NCBI RefSeq assembly: GCF_030028105.1
Contig: NC_092382.1
Location: forward strand, 98,348,699 to 98,412,698
DNA length: 64,000 nucleotides
Origin: Mobula birostris
Taxonomy: Eukaryota
Direction: 5' to 3'
In this document: one piece after another, positions 25,901-38,639 of the stretch
How the letters are laid out: each line of letters opens with the position of its first letter
Numbering within the stretch: the first letter of the stretch is position 1
Made by a program: the position numbers and the translations under genes
The notes under the pieces: model-generated
Seen by the model: the letters and a program-made list of their open reading frames with translations, nothing else
Databases searched by the model: none
What the model was told of the DNA's origin: nothing

Positions 25901-27287
25901 TTCTGTGAGACCGCCCCCATTCGAGGGATGCGTTGCCTCCGTTTCACGAGTTTGACCGCCCAACACTCTCGCTCTCTGTCCATATCACTTACTTCCCTGT
26001 TTTTCCCTCTTCCCATTCTATGTCAGTCTGTACTTTTTTATAGTATATGCCTTCCCGTCTTTTGTTTTTCACCGACCATGTCCTCCCTCTGGTTCCACTC
26101 TCCGTCCCCTTTCTTCCGTGGTCACCTCAGCTCTCATATCGGAAATCTTCTTCCACCGTCTATGTTTTTTCCAGCTACCACCTTCCAACTTTCCATAAAA
26201 TGTGACATCGCCGCTACGCGAACAACTGCCCCCTCAACTGACCTCAATTGTCACCTGCGGTCTTGAGGTCCTTTTCCTTCCGCATTTTATTATTCTAGAT
26301 TCCCTTCCAGTTCCGATGTGATGTCTCGGTACTAAACATTGACTGGTTTTTCCATTGCATAGATACTACTTGACGTGATGTGTACCACCAGCGTTTCTTG
26401 TTTGTTGGAAATAGAGTAACGTCTCCCAAACACCGCCTCCCATCGTCATACTCGGTTTAAGCTCCACTTCGTTCTTCTCTGAGCCGGTTGGAACGAATGC
26501 ATACGTTCGATCCAAATTAGCCGAATGCCCTCCTAACTCTCTCCCCAGCGGAATTCTCTCTTTCTCCCACTCTCTCTCTCACTGAAGATTATTCTCTTCC
26601 CCTACATCTTCATGAACGCCTCTCAGTCACAAATAAGCTGAAGTTGTTTGCCGGGCGCATTGACTATCTCCTTCTATGTCTGTCTCACTATCACTCCAGC
26701 CCTCTCCCTATCTACTGTTCTCTCTCTCTCTCTGTCCATCATCTAGCTAAAAATATATCTTTATATCTATCTGTCTGCCTTTCTTTCTGTCTGTCTATTT
26801 ATTAATCCATCTATCTAGTTATATTCATGTCTAGATATTACCTATTTATTTTATGTTTAGTACTTTGTTTGCAGAATGACTTCGTCTTGTCAGGCAGCCT
26901 CAACGAAACATTAGGGAGAAGGGGCGTTACGTCAGAGAAAGGCTTGACTCAGGCACAGCTGACGTATTGCCCAGAATGATGCACAAAGCGATGAATGTGC
27001 AGGATGTAGGTGTAGGGAGACTGCATATAGTTGGAAGTCTCAACCCAGTTGGCCTCACTCGGAAGTTCTGATCAAAACGGTCATGTAACGAAGAACCACC
27101 ATGCAGTCTGAGTACACACCAGTCTGATCATCGGAGGAAGGCTTTCACCGAAACAAAAAAAACAAAACGGGTGCAAAGATATCTGTGTAGAATCGCTACA
27201 GCCATTTTAATCCCTAACAAGGGAAATGCATGACAGGTGCAGGTGCGATATCTTCGCCCTGTTATTTCTCTCAGTGGCAGCATCGCA

Positions 27288-27301
27288 GCGCCATCTGTCG
27301 G
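27288..27301 (-). promoter_or_regulatory. CTCF motif 3' of V2 RSS (same at 42988-43001 and 55607-55620)
   Basis: CCGACAGATGGCGC, 41 bp beyond the nonamer in all three A' copies. Confidence 0.6.
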
Positions 27302-27381
27302 ACAGGCTCACACCCGCGCTTCGATTGACATCAAGGCGGTGAGTTTTTTGTTCAGCTCCTCCGTCTGACCCAGTCGCTGTG

Positions 27382-27973
27382 ATCACGCCAGGCACAGAAG
27401 TACACGGCTGGCGAAATCGCCTGCAAGGCGACAGAGCTGAGCCTGAAGATGTAGCTGCTCGGTCTCTCTGCGGTAAAGCCGTACAGCGACCCCCTTGATT
27501 GCACGTTACCGGCAACCGTAGAGTAGAACAAGTTCTCCAGCCCCTGTACCGGGTGTTCTCCGTACCAGAACATTCTATCAGCCGCGTTGCTGCTCCCCTC
27601 GACAGTACAGTTCAGCGTCACAGCCCGGCCGGTGGGACCGGAGAAAGCTGGAATCTGCTGGATCGTCACCGGGTCACATCTGAAGAAGAGAGTGGGAGTG
27701 AGAAAAGGAGAGCATGCAGACGGGGAGAACGACGGTGTAGAGAAGGGGAAGGATTGAAGTTGGGTTATTTTTGGGCGGCGGTCGGTATGGAGAGGGTCCG
27801 ACGAAAAAAGATCAGAGGGAGGAAGGAAATGGGGGAAGAAAAGCGCAGAATGAGACAGAAAAGGCACAGAATTGGCGGAAGCGAGGATTACAATAAGGAA
27901 AACAGAGGAAAAAGTATAAGCAAATTTTTCCCTCACGGTGGAAGGAGACGATCAGTTGCAGAAACAGAAACAT
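27382..27973 (-). pseudogene. TRBV: V2 (family A'), frameshifted
   Basis: Leader 27973-27937. Exon 27679-27382 is 298 nt versus 299 in paralogs; a 1-nt loss near the exon start gives ACC CGG TGA. WYGE replaces WYRQ. RSS CACAGCG-23-ACAAAAAAC (27381-27343). Confidence 0.85.
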
Positions 27974-28256
27974 CTTCTCTGGAGGATAATGCCCTCCCAA
28001 GTGAAACTGTTGTGTCCAGGAGCAATGAATCTATTCACTTCAGTCCCGCTTGTCACGTAACTCATTGACCTAAATGGTCATTGGTCATACGGATGGGCGC
28101 GCCCTCTGCTCCTTTTGACCAACCAGAATCGAGGCATGCGGAGTTATACTTTACCGAAATATCATTTTCCCTTCTTGACTTCCCATATCCGTCTCCCATC
28201 GATAGACAAGTGTTGAATGACTCGTCGCATTCTCTTCTTCCTTATCTCTCTTTCTT

Positions 28257-28291
<35 letters not shown>

Positions 28292-28912
28292 TTTCGCTCC
28301 CCGCCCCCTCCGACTATTGTTCTCACTGGTGATCACACCTCTCATTTCGCAAGCTATGATCGATGATTTACTTTATTTGTCCCATCTACATGGAACGTCA
28401 ACGACCATGACGATTCTGTCTGTACAGATAGATCGATAGACAGTGAGATAGGTAGATAGATAGATAGATTTATTGATTGTTGGATTGGTAGATAGATTGA
28501 TTGATTGATAGATAGACAGGTAGGCAGTTAGATAGATAGATGTACAGTTAGATAGGCAGATAAATAATCTAAAATGACTGAATATAAACGTTTAGTCATA
28601 GCACTCTATTTTTCTTCTTGTTCTGCAAGCCCGTGACACATCCCAGCTCTATAAAAGCTCCGATGGATGAAGTCGAGGTTGTCAACTGTTTCCCACGTCG
28701 CACAGTCTACTGTGACTCAGCCTTCACTTTGGTCCTGTGTGATTATCAATGGATCAGAGATAATTGAAGAAGGCTGAAACACGCGAAGGCGTGTAGTGCA
28801 AGCAAAGGTGTATAAAAGGCACGGTCCTGTGCCTCGGAGCTGAGCAATACCTGACCAGAGTAAAATGGATCCTATGCCAGATGCAAAATGAGTTGAGAAA
28901 CGCAATCTGCTA

Positions 28913-28926
28913 CTGCCCCCTAGTGG
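28913..28926 (-). promoter_or_regulatory. CTCF motif 3' of V3 RSS (same at 45074-45087; variant at 58092-58105)
   Basis: CCACTAGGGGGCAG, 39 bp beyond the nonamer. Confidence 0.75.
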
Positions 28927-29004
28927 TGCGAATCTTCTTATGAATCTCCCAGTAATAGGGCAGAAGGTTTATGTCACACCAGATTCGGCTGGTCTAGCTC
29001 TGTG

Positions 29005-29430
29005 CGCTGATACCGGGGCAGAAGAAGACATCGAAGTGAGAGGGCGAGACGTCTTTCACTTCCAGATTGAACAGTGTGCTGCTCGTTCTCGTGGCCGTGT
29101 AGGACTCGGTTGTGCACTTCGTGACGATGCCTTGCCCAGTGGAGAAGATAAGAGCTTCTGTTGCCCGGCCGTGTCTCTGTCTGTACAAAACATATTGCTA
29201 CCGTCAGTATTGAACAGCGTGGATGTGACGTCGACTGACTCGCCAACTCCAGTTGACAAGGCGGGAGGCACATGTTCCACGTACACGGCCAGAACGCCTG
29301 CAAAGTGGAAAATCTATTAGACTATTACTTTCTCTCAATAATAGACCAGGTATTCTGCAAAGTCAGAGAGAAGGAACACGTGCCCATAAAAATTACCGGC
29401 CATCCTTAGGAAACCCCAACGGGATATCAT
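29005..29430 (-). pseudogene. TRBV: V3 (family B), pseudogene
   Basis: Probable leader 29430-29397 (MISRWGFLRMA). Exon 29297-29005 has Cys23 to Ser and a 1-nt loss in the Trp41 codon; ends FFCPGIS. RSS CACAGAG-23-ACATAAACC (29004-28966). Confidence 0.85.
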
Positions 29431-30231
29431 CCATTGGACTCATGAACATCACGTGAAAAACACCATAGCAAGGAAACGCGCCGTGGGCCAAGTCAGGCAA
29501 ACTTAGAGCAGAATGAAAAATTACCCCGGGATATCTGACAACTTACTCGAATTTGATCACCGCTAGGATCCGGACGTCAACCCCCTTTGCGGTATCTCCG
29601 ATAAACGTACAAAAGCACTCTTTCAAGTTTAATCCCGTCCGCCGGATAGGACGTATCATTTCAATGACAAAACATAAAGGGACCTGGGACGACCGTGCAC
29701 ATTGATGGTCTGATCTTGCAGTTGAGGGACATGAGTAATAAAGGAGGATTCGAATTTACGACCCTCGATCAAGATAAACCACGGCCAACGTCGCGATACG
29801 TAACTCTGCCAAGAACACCAGCCCTCTCCCTGGTTCTATGATGTTTTGACTTACTGGGAATCAACAGCATTCAACGTGTCCCACATGCCAACATCCGCCC
29901 CAGAGAGACACCAGCCGCTTTGGTATCAAGTGTAGCAGAATGCCAGCATTCAGGAGAAGCACTTTGCGTTGTCTGTTTGGACTGCGGCTATGCTACTGTC
30001 CCGTGGCTGCGTCACTTCCTGCGCGTCATACCCCGAGCAACATTTCAAATCAAAGGCCAGAAGAAGAGCGAAGTTGGAAGTGCAGTTGGCGTTGAACGAG
30101 AGCTTCATTATTTGCTGAGCAAACATGAGTAGGAAAGACACTTGTTTTTAATTGGGTAAGTAATCAGAGATTCAGGAACTACCACCAGTAAAAACATAAT
30201 TATGAGTTTCCAGCTGTGTATTATTTCCTGC

Positions 30232-30265
<34 letters not shown>

Positions 30266-30825
30266 ATGCATCCATGTATCAATCGATCTCTCTACCATTC
30301 TATTATATAACTGCAATTCTAGTTTCCGTTTATGGGTTGAAACCTCACTGGTATCTGTTCTGGGGAAGGTGCGCCCTGTACAACAGAGATGGGCTGCACA
30401 TGAGCGCGAGGGTGAACAAATTCGCTTCCTGGCAGTTTTGCTGAAGGTGTTCAGGAGGGTTTAAGCGAATTATTAATCTACCAATAAGTCATTTATACAA
30501 ACACATCATACATCTGTTATTATCGCCAGATAACAAAATGAAGATTGCTTTGAACGCCATCCCTGCAAATAATTTAAGCACTTCAGTTGTAAATTTTGCT
30601 GTGGCTTAAAGGGGACTTGCCAAATTTCTTTAGCTTCGTATGAAATTCGAGGCGGTCACTGTTTTTCTTTTGTGTGGAGTGTTTCTGAATTACTTCAGGC
30701 ATCCTTGCCTTTTCCTCCGGATCTGAGTTCCTGATATTACGTACTGGGTTGTGCGGATGGGAAGAATCAAAAGGCAATTATAGTGTTATGCTGGACGATA
30801 CTCGGACAGTGAAGCTCAATGTGCA

Positions 30826-30839
30826 GCGACCCCTACTGG
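30826..30839 (-). promoter_or_regulatory. CTCF motif 3' of V4 RSS (also 47024-47037 and 58911-58924)
   Basis: CCAGTAGGGGTCGC / CCACTAGAGGTCGC, 41-42 bp beyond the nonamer. Confidence 0.65.
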
Positions 30840-30920
30840 TGGCGAAGAGCGGGTTCTGAGCCTTCAGCGATTGTGCAGAACAGTTTTTGTCAGAGGCGGC
30901 TCGACTTCTCAACCTCTGTG

Positions 30921-31371
30921 CGCTACTACAGGCGCAGAAATAAACGGCTGAGTGAGAGTGCGAGGCGTTCTTTAGTTCCAGTTGAAAGAAAGTACTGCTG
31001 GATCTTGTTGCCGCGTAGGATTCCGACGTGTAACTGTTGACTAAATCTTTCCCAGTAGAATAGAAAAGAGCTTCTACTGTGCCGTCCGGTCGCTGTCTGT
31101 ACCAGTACATATGATTATAGTCCGAATTCAGCAGCGTGCATTGGACGGTGATTGACTCTCCCAATCCAACTGACAGGGAAGTGGGGTGACTGCTCCACGT
31201 CCACGGCCAGAATCCCTGCAAGGGAGAAATTCCATTAGAGCCTAATTTCTCTCAGCAAATGGTAGCCCGTTCTCTGAACCTGAGTTACCTTCCCCAGAAC
31301 AATTGTTATCCTGACTTACGCGGGATCAATGCCACAATCAGCGGAAGACAATATTGTCCTCGCACCATCAT
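30921..31371 (-). pseudogene. TRBV: V4 (family C), +1 frameshift in FR1
   Basis: Leader 31371-31320 (MMVRGQYCLPLIVALIP). Exon 31215-30921 is 295 nt versus 294; extra A in CCC C(A)CT TCC. Ends YFCACSS. RSS CACAGAG-23-ACAAAAACT (30920-30882). Confidence 0.85.
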
Positions 31372-31473
31372 TCACAGAGTGGCTACTGGCGGGTTTTGGG
31401 TGGAGCGCCGTTCAAGACCAGCCTGGAGAAGAACTAAATTGCCCGATATAGTTGTTGGCGCATTGCGGCCGCA

Positions 31474-31492
31474 TGACGTCATTCGCTTCCTG
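31474..31492. promoter_or_regulatory. CRE plus ETS promoter module of family C (also 47672-47690 and 59559-59577)
   Basis: TGACGTCA followed by CTTCCTG about 103 bp upstream of the leader ATG. Confidence 0.65.
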
Positions 31493-31549
31493 TCGTCATT
31501 CGAAAGGCGGAGGAGAGTGGTCGCAGAATCTGCAGCGTCGCTTTATTGA

Positions 31550-31687
31550 NNNNNNNNNNNNNNNNNNNNNNNNNNNNNNNNNNNNNNNNNNNNNNNNNNN
31601 NNNNNNNNNNNNNNNNNNNNNNNNNNNNNNNNNNNNNNNNNNNNNNNNNNNNNNNNNNNNNNNNNNNNNNNNNNNNNNNNNNNNNNN
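31550..31687. other. Assembly gap (others at 46251-46403, 47754-47898, 59666-59796, 60150-60295)
   Basis: Runs of N. Confidence 1.
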
Positions 31688-32519
31688 GGGATAACAGGGA
31701 TTTCGTGGTGGGTGAATGAAGCAGCTATCGTTATACATTAGCTATGGGAAAACCGCTTGCCGTTCCTGGTTAGAACAGAAACGAGCAATAATGCTCAGTA
31801 CATTGCACACCCAGAGTGGGGTTTATCGCGTCTCGGAAAGGAATACAGCGAAAAAGCAGAAGGAGCTGCGAACTTGCTATGTGTGCATGTATTTATTTAT
31901 CTATCTATCTATCAATCTTCTGTGTATCTATCTATCTATCCATTTGTATATCTACCTGTCTATCTCTCTGTCTGTCTGTCTGTCTCTCTCTCTCCCTCCC
32001 TCCCTCCCTCTCTCTCTCTCTCTATCTATCTCTGTATCTACATATCTCTGTATCCATCTATCTATCTCTGTATCTCTCTAGCTATCCATCCATTTATCTA
32101 TGTATCCACCTATCTCACTGAATTATCCGTAATGCATTTCTTTGTGTCTGCTGTCTCTGTGACTCTGCACTCGCAGACTGAAAGAGCGCGAAAGTCACAG
32201 GGATTTTCGTGGCGAGTCGATGCAGATGTTGTGGTTATACGGCAACCAAAGAACTTCCTTTGTCTCCTGGTCGGAAAAAGAAGCGAAAGACCAACAGCAG
32301 CGGAATATGCTCCTGCCTCGGGTCGGGCAATCTCTCCTCCAGACGGAATACTGCGAAAGATGAGAAGGAGCAGCGAAGGTCTGCAGAGGTGATGATAAAG
32401 ACAACACAACATACACCCAGTGGCCTCATTATTAGCTGCAGCTACGTACTGACAACATAGATATTCCGCTCTCTCCGTTGACAACCTGCTATAGCATCTA
32501 CAACGCGGTTAATCACTGT

Positions 32520-33260
32520 GTCGTTTTCAAACTTACAGACCCACCTATCCACGTTTTCGTTCAAGCTACTCAGACGACGTCGCCACATTATCAGACATCT
32601 CCACACCAAATCGTCAGTGTAAATGTCTCATCAGTCAATCTTGTTGCAACAAGTCGATGCATCAGAAATCGTCAAGAGGTTCCATTGTTGTTGAGTCCAA
32701 ACGTCAGAATAGGGAAGAAATGTAATCTAATTTACTTGGACTGCAGAATGCTTATTGGTGCCAATCCCGGAGAGGCTGCGTATCTCAGAGACTACTGACA
32801 TCCTGGGATATTCACACACAACGTTCTTTAGTGTTTGCAGAGAATTGAGCAAAAACCTGTTGTGGTGATTGTATGGGTGAGAACACCCTGTTGATGCCCC
32901 AGGTTAGAGGAGAACGGCCGGACTCTTTCACGCTGAGAGGAAGGCGACAGTAATTCAAGTAACCATGTGTTACAACACTGGTGTGCAGAAGGCCATCTTG
33001 AATTCACAATATGTTGAACCTTGGAGATGATGGGCTACAATAGCAGAGGACCACGGACATACACTGTGTGGCCGCCCGATAAGGTACAGGAGGACTCTAA
33101 ACCGATGTTATTCTTTCGTTATTTACATATGTACACAAGACATAGATGTATGTGCGAGATGTTAGCATTTGTAAAGATGCATCCGCAGAGCAAACTTTTA
33201 CAGATGCACCAGTATAACATGTGCGCGTTGCTGTGTGCCGTTCGAGTCGGACAATGTGCA
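32520..33260 (+). mobile_element. Non-autonomous Tc1-derived element (also about 48250-48830 and 60740-61420)
   Basis: Decayed Tc1 transposase N-terminus (..MIIGA....YLRNY.., RKATV.Q.T..YN.GVQK.I..MGYNSR). GTGGCCACTTTATTAG-type end motif at about 60765 and 61250. Confidence 0.6.
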
Positions 33261-33393
33261 GTGAAACACAGAGTACTGCTGCCCCCACGTGGTGACAATC
33301 CCGCTCTGCACCTCTTGGTGAACAGGACAAAGGTTTCTCTGTGGTTAGAGACTCGCGATGCAGCGCTCTTGCTGGCGTGTGGAAAGGTGCGAT

Positions 33394-33800
33394 ATTGGAC
33401 GTTTCAGACCGACACCCTTCATCAGGACTGAGAGTGAAAAGGTGACGGAGTGGGGGGTGGAGGATGATTCCTGAATTAAAAGTTGCGGGCTGGGTAAAAT
33501 GCCGGCTGAAAGTTGATAGGTGAAGACAGGTGGAAGGGAAAAGCCAAGCGCTGGAGTGGGAAGAATATGAAAGGAGAGGAGACGGAGAATAGGGGAAGGA
33601 GAAGAAAGGGAGGTTCAAGAGGTAAGCGACGGTCAGGCGAGAAGAAGAAACGGTAACAGTAATACACACCATCAGGTTGGAGGGTACCCACATGGAATAT
33701 AAGAAGATGTTCCTCTACCTTGAGGGTGACCTGTTTTTAACACGATGGGTCGACATGGACCGGCACTTCGGAAGGTGAATGGGAATCGTAATTACAGTGC
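33394..33800 (-). mobile_element. Penelope-like 3' fragment with decayed hammerhead (also about 48967-49320 and 61575-61980)
   Basis: Minus strand AGTC CTGATGA AGG GTGTCGG TCT GAA ACGT C CAAT at 33429-33394; upstream IFHVGTLQPDG motif. Confidence 0.7.
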
Positions 33801-34429
33801 TTGGCCACAGTGACTTGGCTGTGCAGTTCTGCGGTGAAAAATTTCTTCGCAGAGATCAATTCATTACATTTTGAATTCAGATAGAGAAAGGTAAATTAAT
33901 AAAATCGATTACACTTGCTGCATGTATGGGGTTAAAGTGAAAAGCTGGTCTTGCATACAGTTCAAATCAGTACACAGTGCATTGGTGTAGAATGAGGTAA
34001 ATCAACAAAACTCAAATTCGACAGAAAAAAAACGCAGTGTAGGTAAACAGGGCTAGAGAGAGTTAGATTGTGAAGTCGGGTGTCTATATTATTTTACCAT
34101 CCTCTCGCATAATTGGTCCGTTCAAGAGTCGGGTATCCAAGGCAAAGAAGCTGCTGGATTGGTGACTGGAGCCCTTTATGTTCATCGGCCGCTTTACTGG
34201 GGAAACACGGTGTATGGAGAGAGGGGACGTTTGAGCGATGTGCTGAGCTGTGCGCAGGTCTGTCTTGGGTTTCCTGCCATCAACTGCAGAACACGTGCTA
34301 TAACAGGTGTCATTCATCAAAGCCATTATGCTTGTCGATTTGACATCTGCGAGAGCAGGAGCAAGCGCAGAAAGCCTGCCGAGTGCTGCCCGTTCGTGAC
34401 AGAAAGGGGCAGCCATGTACGGTCTGGTG

Positions 34430-34443
34430 CTGCCACCTAGTGG
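34430..34443 (-). promoter_or_regulatory. CTCF motif 3' of V5 RSS (also 49388-49401, 62592-62605, 63219-63232)
   Basis: CCACTAGGTGGCAG / CCAGTAGGKGGCAG; 32 bp (V5) or 39 bp beyond the nonamer. Confidence 0.78.
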
Positions 34444-34514
34444 TTCAACGTGGAGCTCCCTGCGATTGGCTGGAAGGTTTTTGTAGTGGGAGACCCGTTA
34501 TCTGAAGTTCTGTG

Positions 34515-34975
34515 CGTTACTACAAGCGCAGTAGTAGACGGCGGAGTGGGAGGCCGGTGCGTGTCCCAGTTCCAGTTTAAACAGTGTGTTGCTGGGTCTT
34601 GCCGCCGTGTAGGAATCGGATGTGAAGTTTGTAACGGAACCTTCTAAAAAAGAATAGAAGAGAACATCTACTGTCCGGTCCGATCGCTGTCTGTACCAAT
34701 ACAGATATTCATAGCGCGTATTCAGCAAAGTGCATACGACGCTGAACGGCTGTCCCACACCGATTGACACGGACGACGGCGATTGCTCCACATACGCGGA
34801 GAGAATCTCTGTAAGACAGAAATACGATTCGACTTTAATTTCCCTCAACCGTTCATCAAGGCTAAGCTAGACAGAAGGAGGCTGTTGGTGTGCTGTAGTG
34901 CGATGTGCATTCAGTGTGATGCACCATCATCGCGCCTTGACCATGCTCGAATATACGCCAAATGACCTAACTCTG

Positions 34976-35009
<34 letters not shown>

Positions 35010-35314
35010 GTGTCTCTCTCTCTCTCCCTCTGTGTTTCTCTCTGCTACAGCACAGATACACGCACACGGTGTCTACGAAGTACAGAATTGCGCACACAAT
35101 GAACTATTCTTCATTATGCATATGAGTTGAAAGGGATGCATCAAACCTTTGCCCTTTTGGCGAAGAATACTACCAAGCCTAACCACGTTCGTTGCTGTGC
35201 GACGTCAGTCTACGTAAGACATTCTACACCCGCTTACCCCCAGACCTGTGAGTTTAACTTACGCGGGATGGCCACCACAATCAGCGGGAGGCAAAATGTC
35301 CCCCAGACCATCAT
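34515..35314 (-). CDS. TRBV: V5 (family D), apparently functional
   Basis: Leader 35314-35263 (MMVWGTFCLPLIVVAIP). Exon 34808-34515 (294 nt): VEQSPSSVSIGVGQPFSVVCTLLNTRYEYLYWYRQ..LFYS..AARPSNTLFKLEL..YYCACSN. RSS CACAGAA-23-ACAAAAACC (34514-34476). Confidence 0.9.
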
Positions 35315-35431
35315 TGACAGGATGAGGATAGTTCCTCTGTGTGGAGTCGAATGAAGCTCAGTATCAAATGTCAGGGAAGTCTCTCTCCGTGGTCTGACAA
35401 AGGAACTGTCTTCCTGTTGGCTGTGTGACAA

Positions 35432-35445
35432 TTACGTCACTTCCG
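35432..35445 (-). promoter_or_regulatory. ETS-CRE composite / V-beta decamer-like promoter element (also 38588-38601 and 50333-50346)
   Basis: CGGAAGTGACGTAA about 118 bp upstream of the leader ATG in V5, V6 and V11. Confidence 0.7.
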
Positions 35446-36069
35446 TAGCGGAAGAGCTTCTTTGGGGCGGTTGTCATTGTTGAGAAAATGACAGGAAGAC
35501 CCCGGACGAGTTCATGCAATGCAGATGCGTTTTCATGATTCTAAGTTGGGTGGCACATATCCCGGGAAAACCGATTTAAAACAATCGGCACTTAGATCCT
35601 GGGGAACCCAAGATGCATCTGCATTAGAGCTTCAATTTATTTATTTATGGTTTATTGACCCGTGTATCGCTTCCATGCCAGAAAGTTCTCGGCCTTCGCC
35701 ATAATCTCATAACAATGCGGGATGTAACCGCCAGCATGTCCTCTTCAGTGTTGAGGATACTGAAGTTATCCACGGAGGTTCGGGCTCCCGAATCACCTCC
35801 ACACTGAACTATGTCAAACCCTATGACCTCACTTTCACGATCTCTACAAATCATTTACTAGTAAACCTATTTGTACTTATTAATTCGTCTTCTACTTCTT
35901 TGCTCTGTTTTAAATTGCTCAGTTTGTTTTCTTTTGCAAATTGATTTTCCATCTTTCCGTTTAGTTGTCAATTAATCATGTACTGGAATTAAAATGGGTG
36001 ACGACTGTGAGATCCGGATTCTTCCAGCGTCCTCTAGTGTTGCGACCATTCCAATTCCGACATCAATCC

Positions 36070-36540
36070 AAGGCCCTTTCCTCTGCCGCGATTTATTCAC
36101 ACTGATGGAGCAGCACACTTTGTATTCCGTCTAGGTAGTCTCCTACCTGATGGCTTGAACATCGATTGCTCGAATTCCAGCTGATCCCTCGAACCCCTCC
36201 CATGCCTTTTTTTCTCTTTCTGTCTCTCCTTGCCTGCACATCGCCTCCATCTGGTCCTCCTCCTCCATTTTCTTTCTTCCATGGCCTTCTGTCCTCTTCT
36301 ATCAGATTACTCTTCTTCCGCCTTGTATCTCTGTCACCAATGAAATTACCAGCTCTTTCCATCACGCGTCCCCCTCCCGGTTGCACTATCACCCTGTCTC
36401 TCACTCCCCTCACCTACTCGTCATCATTGTCTTTTTCTTTCTCCAGCCCTGACGAAGTGTTTCTCGGTCGAAACGACGACTGTGCTCTTTTCCAGTGATG
36501 CCGCCGGGATTGCTGAATCCCCCCGGCATTTTCTGCGTGT
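36070..36540 (+). mobile_element. Older Penelope-like 3' fragment (paralog about 50950-51440)
   Basis: EQHTLYSV*VVSYLMA*TSI-type motif; decayed CTGACGA..GAAAC at about 36445-36481. Confidence 0.65.
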
Positions 36541-36559
36541 TCCTAGGATTTACGGCATT

Positions 36560-36884
36560 GCCCATCCTCTGGGTCCCCCCACCTCCTTGTCTTTCTTCAC
36601 GGACCTCCTGTCCCATGATCCTCTCGTATCCCCTTTTGCCTATCACCTGTCCAGCTCTTGGCTCTATCCCTCCCCCTCCTGTCTTCTCCTATCATTTTGG
36701 ATCTCCCCCTCCCCCTCCAACTTTCAAATCCCTTACTCACTCTTCCTTCAATTAGTCCTGACGAAGGGTCTCGGCCTGAAACGGCGACTGCACCTCTTCC
36801 TACAGATGCTGCCTGACCTGCTGCGTTCACCAGCAACTTTGATGTGTGTTGCTTGAATTTCCAGCATCTGCAGAATTCCTGTTG
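36560..36884 (+). mobile_element. Young Penelope-derived short insertion with 11-bp target-site duplication
   Basis: Highly similar to 4770-5066. Flanked by TTTACGGCATT at 36549-36559 and 36885-36895; empty site in the paralog at about 51449. Confidence 0.85.
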
Positions 36885-37557
36885 TTTACGGCATTTGTTG
36901 TTTTTCTCTTGTTGTTTCCATCTGTCTCTGCAGTCTGTTGTGGTTTTCCTATATTGTGAGAGAGTGTTCCACCAAGTCAGCCGAAAACTGGCTGATGGTA
37001 AGCTGCTGTCTATGATGTCAGTGTTGTATATCGCAGCAGACAGTTCTGGGATAGATGAAAGTTTTGCCTATATCCTAAGTATCAATATATCAACGCACAC
37101 AACGTGCGAGATGGACATGGAACATCTTTGGAAAGCATCGCTATTGGTTTGTTGAGATACTGTGACAAGCTGATTAGCAGAGATCAGTTCATCACACGAT
37201 ACTTTGAGGCCATGTGTATCGATTTAGAGTTAAACGCCTGTTCTGCAGATCGACTCATTACACTACCCATTGCTGTGAAATAAGGCAGTTCAATAACGTT
37301 TCAAAGCGACAGAGAAAGCCCAGTGCAGGCGAGCAAGTCCATAATGAGGTGGATATCAAAGCCAAGAGAGCTGCGTGCAGGTCTCCCTGGAGTAAACTGC
37401 CCTTGATTGAGCGGCAGTTGCCATTAAAAGCCGTTTTCTATCGTAAACGAATGCTTGTCTTCTTTGTGTTACCTGCGGCAAAATGGCGCACCCGAGGAAA
37501 GCCAGCAGGGTGTATCTCATGCGTGACGCAAAAGAACAGCTAAACACAGTCCATGTG

Positions 37558-37571
37558 CTGCCCTCTAGTGG
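37558..37571 (-). promoter_or_regulatory. CTCF motif 3' of V6 RSS (also 52123-52136)
   Basis: CCACTAGAGGGCAG / CCACTAGGGGGCAG, 39-40 bp beyond the nonamer. Confidence 0.75.
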
Positions 37572-37649
37572 TGCAACAGGGCCGCACAACTTCCTTGTGT
37601 CTGGCTGTAAGGTTTTTGTCATGGGACATTCGCTATCTCAAGTCCTTTG

Positions 37650-38471
37650 CGATACTATAAGCGCAGTAGTAGACGGCGGAGTGGAAGGCCGATGCCTGTT
37701 TCAGTTCCAGTTGAAACAGAGTGATTCTGGGTCTTGACGATGTGTAGGAATCGGATGTGTAGTTCGTAACTGAACCTTGCCCTAAAGAAACGAAGATAAC
37801 CTCTATAGCCCGGTCGGTTAGCTGTCTGTACCTGTACATATATTGATAGTCGACATTCAGCTGCGTACATGACACGCTGGCCGGCTCTCCCTCTCCGATT
37901 GACAGGGAGGAAGGCGTCTGCTCCACGTACGCGGCCAGAATCCCTGTAAATCAGAAATTCGATGAGACTCTAATTCTTCCCAATTGTTCATCACGACGCG
38001 CAGGATCTCAGCAGAAGGGAGGAGCTGTCCTTTTCGAAAGACGCTGGCCACCCTCCGATTAACCCGAAGTTTCAGACTATTGTGCGACGTGCAATAGGCC
38101 TGATGGCCATGGGTGAATGTTGGATCAGACTCCATGAGTTTGATGACCTAATTCTAGTCGCCACGTTCTGTCTCAAGGCACACGCAGACACACTGACAGA
38201 GAGACAGACCGACAGACACACGCACACACTCACACACACACACAATTGATCACTGATAAGACGCTTTGTAACAAGGCTCATGATTTGAAAGGAAGGCATC
38301 AAATCTTCAGCCCCATTCCGAGTGAACCTACTAAGCCTAACCAGGCCCAAAGCTAAACTACGTTGTTCGGCAAAGGACATTCCGCCCCGACTTCCCCTTG
38401 AAATGTGATTTTAACTTACGCGGGATCACCACTACAATCAGCGGGAGGCAAAGTGTCCGCCGCATCCTCAT
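37650..38471 (-). pseudogene. TRBV: V6 (family E); open frame but Trp41 to Arg and defective heptamer
   Basis: Leader 38471-38420 (MRMRRTLCLPLIVVVIP). Exon 37943-37650 has MYRYRQ and ends YYCAYSI. RSS CAAAGGA-23-ACAAAAACC (37649-37611). Confidence 0.85.
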
Positions 38472-38639
38472 TTACGGGATGTGAACATTTCCGCTGAGTG
38501 GAATCGAATGAAGCGCAGTGTCAGCTCTCGGGGGAGCTCTCTGCGTGGGCCGTGAAAGTGGCTTGTTTCCCGTTGGCTGCGTGACCATTACGTCACTTCC
38601 GCAACGTCATACCTCCATTGAGCGGTTTAAATTATTGAC

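Noticed and set aside
31452-32392. Long ORFs through N gaps and (TCTA)n/(CT)n tracts (also 43785-44444, 46081-46662, 59480-60373)
   Set aside because: Artefacts of gaps and stop-free microsatellites.
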